Assembly: GCA_040901675.1 (NCBI GenBank)
Contig: JBBDYJ010000025.1
Span: forward strand, 63,943-127,942
Reading direction: 5' to 3'
DNA length: 64,000 nucleotides
Source of the DNA: Pirellulales bacterium
GTDB lineage: Bacteria; Planctomycetota; Planctomycetia; Pirellulales; JAICIG01
The notes under the pieces were generated by a model. The model had not been told where the DNA came from, searched no databases, and saw only the letters and a program-made list of their open reading frames with translations. This document shows, piece by piece, positions 51,285-64,000 of the stretch; the first letter of the stretch is position 1; each line of letters begins with the position of its first letter. Both the position numbers and the translations under genes were made by a program.

Positions 51285-52751
51285 ATGTTTCAACAAGAGC
51301 TGGCCCGCCTGTTGACCCGCCGCCAATTGTTCGGCCGTGCGGCGGCCGGCATCGGCACGGCCGCCTTGGCCTCGCTGATGAACCCGCAGTTGTTCGCCGA
51401 GACGGCGGGCGGGCCGGCGGGGCAGGGCAGGGGAGTGCTCGGCCGGCCGCATTTCGCCCCCAAGGCCAAGCGAGTGATCTACCTGTTCATGTCGGGCGGC
51501 CCCTCGCACATCGACCTGTTCGATTACAAGCCGCGGCTGCGCGACTATCACGGGCAGGAGCTGCCGGGCTCGGTCCGCATGGGCCAGCGCGTGACCGGCA
51601 TGACGGCCGGACAGAGCACGTTTCCCTGCGTGGCGCCGATGTTCCAGTTCGCCCAGCACGGCCAGTGCGGCGCCTGGGTCAGCGAGCTGTTGCCCAACGT
51701 CGCCCGCGTCGTCGACGACATCGCCATCGTCAAGTCGCTCAACACCGAAGCGATCAACCACGACCCGGCCACCACCTACATCCAGACCGGCCATCAGCAG
51801 CCGGGCCGTCCCAGCCTGGGCGCGTGGCTCAGCTACGGCCTGGGGACCGACAACGAAAACCTGCCGACCTTCGTCGTGATGATCTCGCAGGGCAGCGGCA
51901 ACAAGACCGACCAGCCGATCTTCTCGCGCCTCTGGGGCAGCGGCTTTATTCCCACCGAGCACCAGGGCGTGCGTTTCCGCAGCGGCCAGGATCCGGTGCT
52001 CTACCTGTCGAACCCGCCGGGCATCGACGGTGCCACGCGCCGCCGCATGCTCGACGGCATCGGCGAGCTCAACCAGATTGCCGCCCAGTCGTTCGGCGAC
52101 CCGGAGATCGAAACCCGCATCGCGCAGTACGAGATGGCCTTCCGCATGCAGACCTCCGTCCCCGAGCTGACCGATCTTTCCGGCGAGCCGCAGCGCGTGC
52201 TCGACATGTACGGCGTCGACGACAAGGGAGTCGACGGCGGCTTTGCCCGCAACTGCCTGCTGGCACGGCGGATGGTCGAGCGGGGCGTCCGTTTTGTCCA
52301 GCTCATGCACCGCGGCTGGGACCAGCACGGCAACCTCCCCCAGCAGATCCGCGGCCAGTCGAGCGATGTCGATCGGCCCAGCGCCGCGCTGGTCCAGGAC
52401 CTGAAAGAGCGCGGCCTGCTCGACGACACGCTCGTGATCTGGGGCGGCGAGTTCGGCCGCACCGTGTACAGCCAGGGGAAGCTTACGGCGGACAATTACG
52501 GCCGCGATCATCACGGCCGCTGCTTCACCATGTGGCTGGCCGGCGGCGGCATCCAGCCCGGCATCAGCTACGGCGAGACCGACGACTACTGCTACAACAT
52601 CGTCCGCGATCCGGTGCACGTCCACGACCTCAACGCCACCGTTCTGGCCTGCCTGGGGATCGACCACGAGCGGCTCACCTACCGCTTCCAGGGCCGCGAC
52701 TTCCGCCTCACCGACGTCCACGGCAACGTCGTCCGGCAATTGATGGTCTGA
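51285..52751 (+). CDS. DUF1501 domain-containing protein
   Basis: TRRQLF Tat motif, [34 protein letters not shown]. Confidence 0.95.
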   Translation: MFQQELARLLTRRQLFGRAAAGIGTAALASLMNPQLFAETAGGPAGQGRGVLGRPHFAPKAKRVIYLFMSGGPSHIDLFDYKPRLRDYHGQELPGSVRMGQRVTGMTAGQSTFPCVAPMFQFAQHGQCGAWVSELLPNVARVVDDIAIVKSLNTEAINHDPATTYIQTGHQQPGRPSLGAWLSYGLGTDNENLPTFVVMISQGSGNKTDQPIFSRLWGSGFIPTEHQGVRFRSGQDPVLYLSNPPGIDGATRRRMLDGIGELNQIAAQSFGDPEIETRIAQYEMAFRMQTSVPELTDLSGEPQRVLDMYGVDDKGVDGGFARNCLLARRMVERGVRFVQLMHRGWDQHGNLPQQIRGQSSDVDRPSAALVQDLKERGLLDDTLVIWGGEFGRTVYSQGKLTADNYGRDHHGRCFTMWLAGGGIQPGISYGETDDYCYNIVRDPVHVHDLNATVLACLGIDHERLTYRFQGRDFRLTDVHGNVVRQLMV

Positions 52752-52823
52752 GCAGTCCGCCACGTGTGCCACTGCTTGAAGTCCGCTCTCAGGCGGGCGC
52801 GAAGCAGTGCCGTACGGCTTTGA

Positions 52824-53086
52824 TGGCAGGCGCTGTGCTGCCCAAGCTGCTGGACTCTGTCGATCACGCTCTCGGTCGTCCTGCTGATCGTGCTGACGAT
52901 GGGGCCGACGCTTTCGGAGTGGCAGCTCACCGGCTACCACCGTATCAGCCCCAGGCTGTCCAAGAGTTCGGAGATCCTGGAGCTCTAAGATATGCTTCGC
53001 CCGTTGATTACCTGGAATGGCGGCTGACAGGCTACCACCGCATTAGCCCAGCCAATTCGAAGGCTCTCGATCTTATTGAGCTCTGA
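52824..53086 (+). pseudogene. Two tandem 3'-end remnants of homologous genes
   Basis: EWQLTGYHRISPRLSKSSEILEL* (52917-52988) and EWRLTGYHRISPANSKALDLIEL* (53015-53086). Confidence 0.65.
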
Positions 53087-53212
53087 GATTCGACTGGGGC
53101 ACGCTGACGCTTTGCCCCAGGCACCCGGCGTCACGCAGTAGCCGTCACGCTCCGCGTGACGAGCTGCCTCACGCGGAGCGTGAGGGCTCTGACGATTCCA
53201 CACCCTCCCGCT

Positions 53213-54865
53213 CTAGGCGAAAAACCAGCACAGCGCAAGCGTGCAAGCTACCAAGACACCCGCCCAGACGCCGTCGCGCTGCCAGAGGGGACGGCGGACG
53301 CTGTCGCCGTCGTCGCCGGCGCGCCGGTAACGCCACCAGGTGTACTGCTCCGTGGCGTCGCTCCGCTCGGACCGGTAGAGCCGGCTCATCACCACGAGAA
53401 CCAGGTAGCACAACAGCGCGGCCAGCCCCGTGCGGTGCAGGTATTGCAGGCGATGTCCGGCCAGCAGCGCGCCTTGCTCCAAGAGCACCGACAGGATCGG
53501 CCCGGCAAGCATGCACGCGAACGAGGCGGTCCGCGTGATGCGCGGCTGCAGAATACCGGCCAGAAAGGCGACCAAAACGCCCGGCACCAGGTAGGCGTTG
53601 TAGTCGACCATCCGGTTGAAAATGTTGTCCTTGGTGCCTCCGAACAACAGCGACAGCCCGATCGAGCAACCGGCCAAGGCCGACATGGAAATCCGCCCCA
53701 CGCCGATCAGCTCGCGCTCCGACGCCGCGGGCCGCAGATACTTCTTGTGAACGTCGAACGTGTACAGGGTGGCAAACGAGTTCATCATCGAGTCGATGCT
53801 CGAAAGGATGCCGCCGACCAGCCCCGCCATCACCAGCCCCACCAGGCCGAGTCCCGCAGGCAGCAGGGCCCGCGTCAGACCCGCGAAGGCCGTGTCGCTC
53901 TCGGTCGCCGGGTTGATCGAGAGGATGTATCCGGCCGCCATGCCCGGCACGATGCACATGAACGGGATCAACAGCTTGAAGTATCCCGCCACGATGATCC
54001 CCATCCGTCCGTCCCAGCCGGTCCGCGCGCCCAGCGCCCGCTGGGCGATGAACTGGTTTGTGGCCCAGTAATTGAAGTGCAGCACCATCAAGCCCGTCAG
54101 CACCCCCGTCCAGGGCAGGTCGCTATGGTCCGCTGGGAAGAACACGTGGAACTTCTCCGGCTGCTTGTCCAGCAGCCCGGCAAAGCCGCCCACGTTGGGA
54201 TGCCAGATCGCCAGGCAGGCGATGATCCCTCCACCCAGCAGCAACAGCACGCTTTGAACGGCGTCGGTATAAATCACCGCCTTCAGACCGCCGAACACCG
54301 TGTATACCGAGGCCACCAGCGCCAGGCCCCACACGGCCGCCTCGTAGCTCACGGCATAGTCCGAGCCGCTGGTCAGTGCTTCGATCGTCACCGCGCCGAG
54401 GATCAACGTGCCGCACATCTGGATCAACATGAAGGCCATGTTCGTGATCGAGTACAAGAAGCGGCTGCGGTCGTCGTACCGCCGCCCCAGGTACTCGCTC
54501 AACGTGTACAGGCCCATCCGGCGGTAGAGCGGCAGAAAAAAATAGCAGAGCATCATCAAGCCGAAGATGGCGCCGTACTCGTAGTTGGCCTGGGCGTAAC
54601 CATGCTGCAGGCCGGCCCCCATCATGCCCACCATGTGGTGCGAGCTGATGTTGCTGCCGAAGATCGACCCGGCCACCGCCCACCAGGCCACGTTGCGGCC
54701 GGCCAGAAAGTAGTCGCGGGTTCCCTCCTCCCGCCGGCCCATGTACATGCCGAAGGCCGCCACCGCCAGCACGGTGCCCAGCAGCACCACCAGGTCCAGC
54801 GCATCCAGCGGCAGTTGCTCCGCCTGGGCCAGCACAAGCCATCGTGCCTGCATATCTTGGATCAC
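53213..54865 (-). CDS. Sodium:solute symporter (SSS/SLC5)
   Basis: DYFLAGR, SNISS.H..G, EYL.RRY, YTVFGGLKAVIYTD..Q, NQF.AQR.L. Confidence 0.95.
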   Translation of the reverse strand: MIQDMQARWLVLAQAEQLPLDALDLVVLLGTVLAVAAFGMYMGRREEGTRDYFLAGRNVAWWAVAGSIFGSNISSHHMVGMMGAGLQHGYAQANYEYGAIFGLMMLCYFFLPLYRRMGLYTLSEYLGRRYDDRSRFLYSITNMAFMLIQMCGTLILGAVTIEALTSGSDYAVSYEAAVWGLALVASVYTVFGGLKAVIYTDAVQSVLLLLGGGIIACLAIWHPNVGGFAGLLDKQPEKFHVFFPADHSDLPWTGVLTGLMVLHFNYWATNQFIAQRALGARTGWDGRMGIIVAGYFKLLIPFMCIVPGMAAGYILSINPATESDTAFAGLTRALLPAGLGLVGLVMAGLVGGILSSIDSMMNSFATLYTFDVHKKYLRPAASERELIGVGRISMSALAGCSIGLSLLFGGTKDNIFNRMVDYNAYLVPGVLVAFLAGILQPRITRTASFACMLAGPILSVLLEQGALLAGHRLQYLHRTGLAALLCYLVLVVMSRLYRSERSDATEQYTWWRYRRAGDDGDSVRRPLWQRDGVWAGVLVACTLALCWFFA

Positions 54866-54946
54866 TCCCTGTCAGGTACCGCCCAAAGTAGCTGCCTATG
54901 ATAGCCACGTCCGGCGGCCTTGGCACCCATCGGCTTGGATTTATGC

Positions 54947-55172
54947 CCGGTTTATCGGGTCTGCCTGACCGTCGGTAGTGACCCGACTTATCGGGTCCTC
55001 CGAGCCGTTCGTAGTGACCCGATTTATCGGTCCCTTGAGCGTAACAAGTTCGCACGATTTGCGCATACTTTTTGCAGGACAGCATCAAACATGCGGCCAC
55101 CGCGAACAGGAAGGACCCCATAAATGGGGTCACTACGAACAGGAAGACCGCATGAATGCGGTCACTACGAAC
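54947..55172. repeat. GTAG-type REP family F cluster (GTAGTGACCCGATTTATCGGGTC and inverted copies)
   Basis: Three direct and two to three inverted copies; related GACCGCATGAATGCGG at 5923. Confidence 0.8.
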
Positions 55173-55893
55173 CAAGCGCGGTAGACGCGAATGCCGCAGC
55201 ACGTATAATTTGGCCGACCATGCACTCGACCCAAGTTGCCGACCGGGCGGCCCATCGCCAGTACCAGGAACAAGTCGCCGCTCGGCTGCGCGTCGAAGAA
55301 CCGATCAACAGCGCGACACACGGCATCGGGTTCGTCCTGAGCATTGCCGGCCTGGTGCTGTTGCTGGCCACCGCGGCCGACTTCGGCGACGTCTGGCAGT
55401 TGGCCGCCTGCGCCGTCTACGGCGGATCGCTCATCGCGGTCTACGCGGCTTCCACCTTGTCGCACCTGTTTCAAGCGCCCCGCCTGCGCCGCCTGTTCCG
55501 CATTGTCGACCAGGCCCTGATTTTTCTGTTGATTGCCGGCACCTACACGCCGATCGCCTTCACCTGGCTGCGGCATGGCAACTGGTGGATTGTGCTGGCT
55601 TTGATGTGGGCCATCGGCTCGGCGGGCTTCGTCTCCAAGGCGATCTTCGTGCATCGGATCGAAGCCGTCTCGACCATGCTGCACGTGGTCATGGGCTGGC
55701 TGCCCGTGGTCACGGTCAGAACGCTGATCGATCGGGCGCCGCCGGGCCTGTTGTGGTGGATGCTTGCCGGCGGCATCTGTTACACGGTTGGCATCATCTT
55801 CCTGCACCGCGACGACAAAGTCCCTTACTTTCACGCGGTCTGGCACTTGATGGTCGTGGCCGGCAGCGCCTGCCACTACTGGGCGATCCTGGC

Positions 55894-60342
<4,449 letters not shown>

Positions 60343-60544
60343 GGGAGAATCTATTCTATGCCTCCGGAGGCGGCGACGGTAGATGGTTCGGAGCCGTCCG
60401 AGTACGAACGGGCTGCGGAGCGGGATGACCGCATCGGGCTGGATTCGGGAGAGGCTCGCCGAGGGCCGAAGCGGGGCACACTGACCCCTGCGGCAGGGTA
60501 TAATGCTATTCCGCCGCTAACTCGCGCCTGCATGGAGTATTACG

Positions 60545-60997
60545 TTGGCTGCGTCAGCATTGGTAGAGAAGGATCGACTTACGGGAATGGATGCCGCTCA
60601 CGCGCTCTGGAAAGACCCGGTGCTAAAGCCGACGGCCATCTTTTGGCTTTACGACGACGATGCAAGTGAATGGCGATTTGTTATCGCTACTGAAGATGCG
60701 AGAAGGCGCGGGCCGCAAGCAGCTTATCTTCGCGTGCGCAATCTACTGAAGCGAGCAGGGCTGCTAGACCGGCTACCGCTTCGCCGAGTTGTCGTCGTGG
60801 ATCCGGCCCATCCCCTTTTGACCAGCGTTGCCGCCATTCTTAGCACGCCCGGCAATAGCCTAGCGGGCATGTCATTCTACGACTGCGTCGTGAACAACGT
60901 TCCCATCGCTGGCATGCATCTTTATCACATGAATGCCGATATAAAGGCAAGCGGAAGCGAGGCGAAGAAGAGGGCAAGCCATTCTGCCGTCCGGTAG
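60545..60997 (+). CDS. Hypothetical protein
   Basis: GGAG RBS, TTG start, TATAAT at 60499; AIFWLYDDDASEWRFVIAT...GP..AY motif; atypical codon usage. Confidence 0.7.
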   Translation: MAASALVEKDRLTGMDAAHALWKDPVLKPTAIFWLYDDDASEWRFVIATEDARRRGPQAAYLRVRNLLKRAGLLDRLPLRRVVVVDPAHPLLTSVAAILSTPGNSLAGMSFYDCVVNNVPIAGMHLYHMNADIKASGSEAKKRASHSAVR

Positions 60998-61053
60998 TCA
61001 GTTGCGTGACGCCGCTCTAACCGCCTCCTCTGCCGAAATGGTTTCCGTAACCC

Positions 61054-61539
61054 ATGGACGAACGTCTGCCATCTGCTGAACAGGTCCACCGGGCTACTGC
61101 CAGCGATGCCGACCAACCCGGCGCCAACCGCGTTGCCCTGGCGATCGGCTGGGCGCTGGTTGTCGCGGCCGCCGGCGGACTGGCCTGCGGCTGGATCATC
61201 GACCGGTTCGGCGAGTTCGGTTCGATCAGCCTCTGGGGCCTGGGCGCGCTGGCCGGTGTTGTTTCGCGCAAGATCACGCGCAGCGCCAGCCCGCTGGCCG
61301 CCTGGTCGCAGGTGGCCGCCTGCGCGGTTGCACTGGTCCTGGCCGAAGTTTGCTGGATCCGATGGAACATCGTGCTCAAGCCGGACACCTGGGAACAAGC
61401 AATAGCCACACTCCCCACATTTGTCGAACAATACCAGTTGGCGGCTCTCATTGCCGCGTTGTTTACCGCCTTTGGCGCCTATGCCGCCTGGTGGCGGGCC
61501 GGCGCGCGATACCGGCTCGTCGCCGTCGAGATCCGCTGA
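61054..61539 (+). CDS. Hypothetical membrane protein
   Basis: Four hydrophobic segments and typical codon usage. Confidence 0.7.
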   Translation: MDERLPSAEQVHRATASDADQPGANRVALAIGWALVVAAAGGLACGWIIDRFGEFGSISLWGLGALAGVVSRKITRSASPLAAWSQVAACAVALVLAEVCWIRWNIVLKPDTWEQAIATLPTFVEQYQLAALIAALFTAFGAYAAWWRAGARYRLVAVEIR

Positions 61540-61764
61540 GCAGCGAAAAACAACAAGACGGACGAGACTGGGCGCGCTGCCGCTTTGCCCCCAGCCACCC
61601 GGATGAAGGCGGAAGGCAGAATAACACCACGGACGAAGACTGGGGCACGCTAACGCTTTGCCCCAGCCACCCTGACGCTAGCTCCCAAACCACAACCTTC
61701 CGCCTTCATCCGTCCGCAACCCGCTTGGCCCGCTGGCCAAAACGGCTTACCATGGAAGGCGTGG

Positions 61765-63225
61765 ATGGACCGCAAGCCGTCCCCATTTGTTCGCCATTCG
61801 CCCAGCTCCCAGGAGAGCCACGTGCTCGGCCGCAGAAAACTATTGAGTCTGGGCTCGCTGGGGCTGGTCGGCCTGACGCTGCCCAAGCTGCTCAGGGCCG
61901 AGGCAGCCTTCCCGCCGGCCCGGCGCAAGCCGGCCCGCTCCTGCATCCTCTTCTTCCTGGAAGGCGGCCCGGCGCACCAGGACCTTTGGGACATGAAACC
62001 CTCGGCGCCTTACGAGGTCCGGGGCGAGTTCAAGCCGGTCGCTACCAGCACACCGGGCCTGCACGTTTGCGAGCACCTGCCGCTCTTAGCCCGCCAGATG
62101 CACCACCTGGCCCTGGTCCGCAGCGTGCACCACCGCGTCGGCGACCACAATGCCGGCGCCTACTACACGCTCACCGGCCGGTCGCCCGACAAGCCGGGCG
62201 GCCTGATCGTCTCCGACGAGCCGGAGAACTTCCCGCCCTTCGGCTCGGCGCTGGCCCACCTGCGTCCCATCGACCGGCAACTCCCCCCCTTCGTCCACTT
62301 GAGCGACATCATGTCCAACAACGGCAGCGACCTGCCGGGACAGCGGGCCGGCTTCCTGGGCGCTGCCTTCGACCCCTTCGTGGCCGGCGACCCCAGCGCG
62401 CCCGGATACCAGGTGCCCGGCCTGGCGCTGCCGGCCGAGATCCCCCTCGAGCGATTCGAAGCCCGGCAGCAGCTCTTGGCCCGGCTCGACCGCTCTCTGG
62501 CCGCCGCTCCGGACCAGCCGGAGTTCCAGCGGCTCGACGCCCACTACCGTCAGGCGTTTGAGCTTTTGGCCGCCTCCCAGGCCCGCCGGGCGTTTGATCT
62601 CAGCCAGGAACCCGACAGCGTCCGCCGCCGATACGGACTCCCCGACCGCACGGACCGCTCGGTCGAAGCCCGCAAGTTCGGCGGCCTGCCGCACCTGGGG
62701 CAGTGCATGCTATTGGCCAGGCGGTTGATCGAAGCCGGAGTGCGGCTGGTGACCGTGGGCACCGGACGCCGCTTCGACCAGTCGTGGGACACGCACCGCG
62801 ATCACTTCCCGCTCTTGAAACGGTCGCTGCTGCCCTATGCGGACCGGGCCTTTTCCGCCTTGCTCGAAGACCTGGCCGCCTCGGGCCTCTTGGACGAGAC
62901 CCTGGTGGTGGCCATGGGCGAGTTCGGCCGCACGCCGCGGCTGGGCCAGATCACCAGCGGCGCCGGCGCCGACGCCGGGGGGCGCGATCATTGGCCGCAT
63001 TGCTATACGGTGCTGCTGGCGGGGGGCGGCATTGCCGGGGGTGCCGTCTGGGGCCAGTCGGACAAGCATGCCGCTTATCCCAGCCGCGATCCGGTGGGGC
63101 CGGAAGACATCGCCGCCACCATCTATCATGCCTTGGGCATCGATCCCGATACGCGGATCATTGACCGCTTGGGCCGGCCCCAGTCGATCGCCCTGGGCAC
63201 GCCGATCTTCGACTTGTTCAGTTGA
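61765..63225 (+). CDS. DUF1501 domain-containing protein
   Basis: RRKLL Tat-like motif, GGP.HQD.WDMKP, RGEFKP, WDTH, GEFGRTP, GRDHW. Confidence 0.95.
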   Translation: MDRKPSPFVRHSPSSQESHVLGRRKLLSLGSLGLVGLTLPKLLRAEAAFPPARRKPARSCILFFLEGGPAHQDLWDMKPSAPYEVRGEFKPVATSTPGLHVCEHLPLLARQMHHLALVRSVHHRVGDHNAGAYYTLTGRSPDKPGGLIVSDEPENFPPFGSALAHLRPIDRQLPPFVHLSDIMSNNGSDLPGQRAGFLGAAFDPFVAGDPSAPGYQVPGLALPAEIPLERFEARQQLLARLDRSLAAAPDQPEFQRLDAHYRQAFELLAASQARRAFDLSQEPDSVRRRYGLPDRTDRSVEARKFGGLPHLGQCMLLARRLIEAGVRLVTVGTGRRFDQSWDTHRDHFPLLKRSLLPYADRAFSALLEDLAASGLLDETLVVAMGEFGRTPRLGQITSGAGADAGGRDHWPHCYTVLLAGGGIAGGAVWGQSDKHAAYPSRDPVGPEDIAATIYHALGIDPDTRIIDRLGRPQSIALGTPIFDLFS

Positions 63226-63240
63226 TCGATCGCAGGGCCT

Positions 63241-63369
63241 TCAGCCCGCCCGGTCGAAGACGATCCAGACCAGCACCACGGCAAAGAGCGACACGCCGAA
63301 GCCGTATCCGCCTTCGGACGGATCGAACGACAGCAGCCGATCCCAGGTCACATTGCGGAACAGTTGCAT
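63241..63369 (-). other. Possible small membrane protein or gene remnant (42 aa)
   Basis: MQLFRNVTWDRLLSFDPSEGGYGFGVSLFAVVLVWIVFDRAG, with strong GC3 bias. Confidence 0.35.
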
Positions 63370-63480
63370 GGCAGCGCCCCATTTAAAGAAAGTGTCTCTT
63401 AACAACTATAGCTCGCGCGGAGCGGGTTATAGTGACCGGAGAGCTTTTCGCCGCCACTCCCCCTGCAAGGGCGGGGGGCT

Positions 63481-63690
63481 GAAGGCAGAAGGCAGGAGGC
63501 AGAAGGCAGAAAGAGGGCAGGAGCAGGGTTTTGCTCGGCTGGCTGCTAAAACTGGGTAAAAGTGTCCCAATCGTCATCGCCGATACCATGCGAGGCGCAC
63601 CGTATCGACCGTGCTGGCGGCGCCCGGTCCCGCCTGCCCCAGCCTTCGTGTTGTTATTCTGCCTTCTGCCTTCGTCCTTCTGCCTTCATC
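63481..63690. repeat. Inverted heptamer arrays (GAAGGCA)n / (TGCCTTC)n
   Basis: At 63481-63511 and 63657-63687. Similar 7-nt-period arrays at 19228-19258, 25476-25610 and 44761-44796. Confidence 0.75.
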
Positions 63691-63775
63691 CGGGTGCCTG
63701 GCGCCTCAGGTGCGCCGGGTGCCTGGCGGCAAAGCGGTAGCGTGCCCCAGCTCGTCTCTGGGGGTGCCTGGTGTC

Positions 63776-64000
63776 TCAAGTGCGCTCGAAGAACGCCACC
63801 TGGAGCCGCCCCTTGTACGAGACCCGCAGCGAGATCATGTTCGCACGGATCACCGGTGCTGGCACGCCGCCCGGCTGATCGACCTCCCAGGTTCGCTCGC
63901 CGGTTTCCACCGCGGGCGGCATCGTGCTGGGCAGGCTTGGCTGAATTGACGTTTCATTCTGAACAACTGGCATCCTTGCCATGCTGCGTCGCTTCATACT
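63776..64000 (-). CDS. 3' end of a gene running off the window
   Basis: The frame is open to the window edge; product unknown. Confidence 0.4.
   Translation of the reverse strand, partial: SMKRRSMARMPVVQNETSIQPSLPSTMPPAVETGERTWEVDQPGGVPAPVIRANMISLRVSYKGRLQVAFFERT

Noticed and set aside
47961..52940. 1659-aa minus-strand ORF
   Set aside because: Antisense shadow of the DUF1553 and DUF1501 genes, typical of high-GC DNA.

Overview
High-GC bacterial DNA, almost certainly a planctomycete (Pirellulales-like), judged from the PSCyt/DUF1549/DUF1553 gene, two DUF1501 genes, a PVC-type heme-binding dehydrogenase and dense REP-like palindromes. About 45 genes. Housekeeping or recognisable genes: uvrB, nadC, mgtE, an Lhr helicase, comEA-like, hemolysin III/PAQR, an SSS transporter and DPP IV. 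Most striking locus (27995-32816): an ECF sigma factor, then pspA, then a membrane Ser/Thr kinase built as pseudokinase - kinase - PspA-like coiled coil - TM - WD40. By hand alignment the kinase carries its own copy of the PspA (ESCRT-III superfamily) core, which suggests a kinase-coupled membrane-remodelling or envelope-stress system. Other notable items: a C39 peptidase/RimK ATP-grasp/GCS2 ligase/class II amidotransferase/mgtE operon; decayed toxin-antitoxin-like modules; duplicated, diverged gene 3' ends joined at palindromic repeats; at least six short-repeat families, including a 25-bp module nested in two different host repeats. No tRNA, rRNA, CRISPR array or transposase was recognised. 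All calls come from motif recognition by eye; no database search was run.
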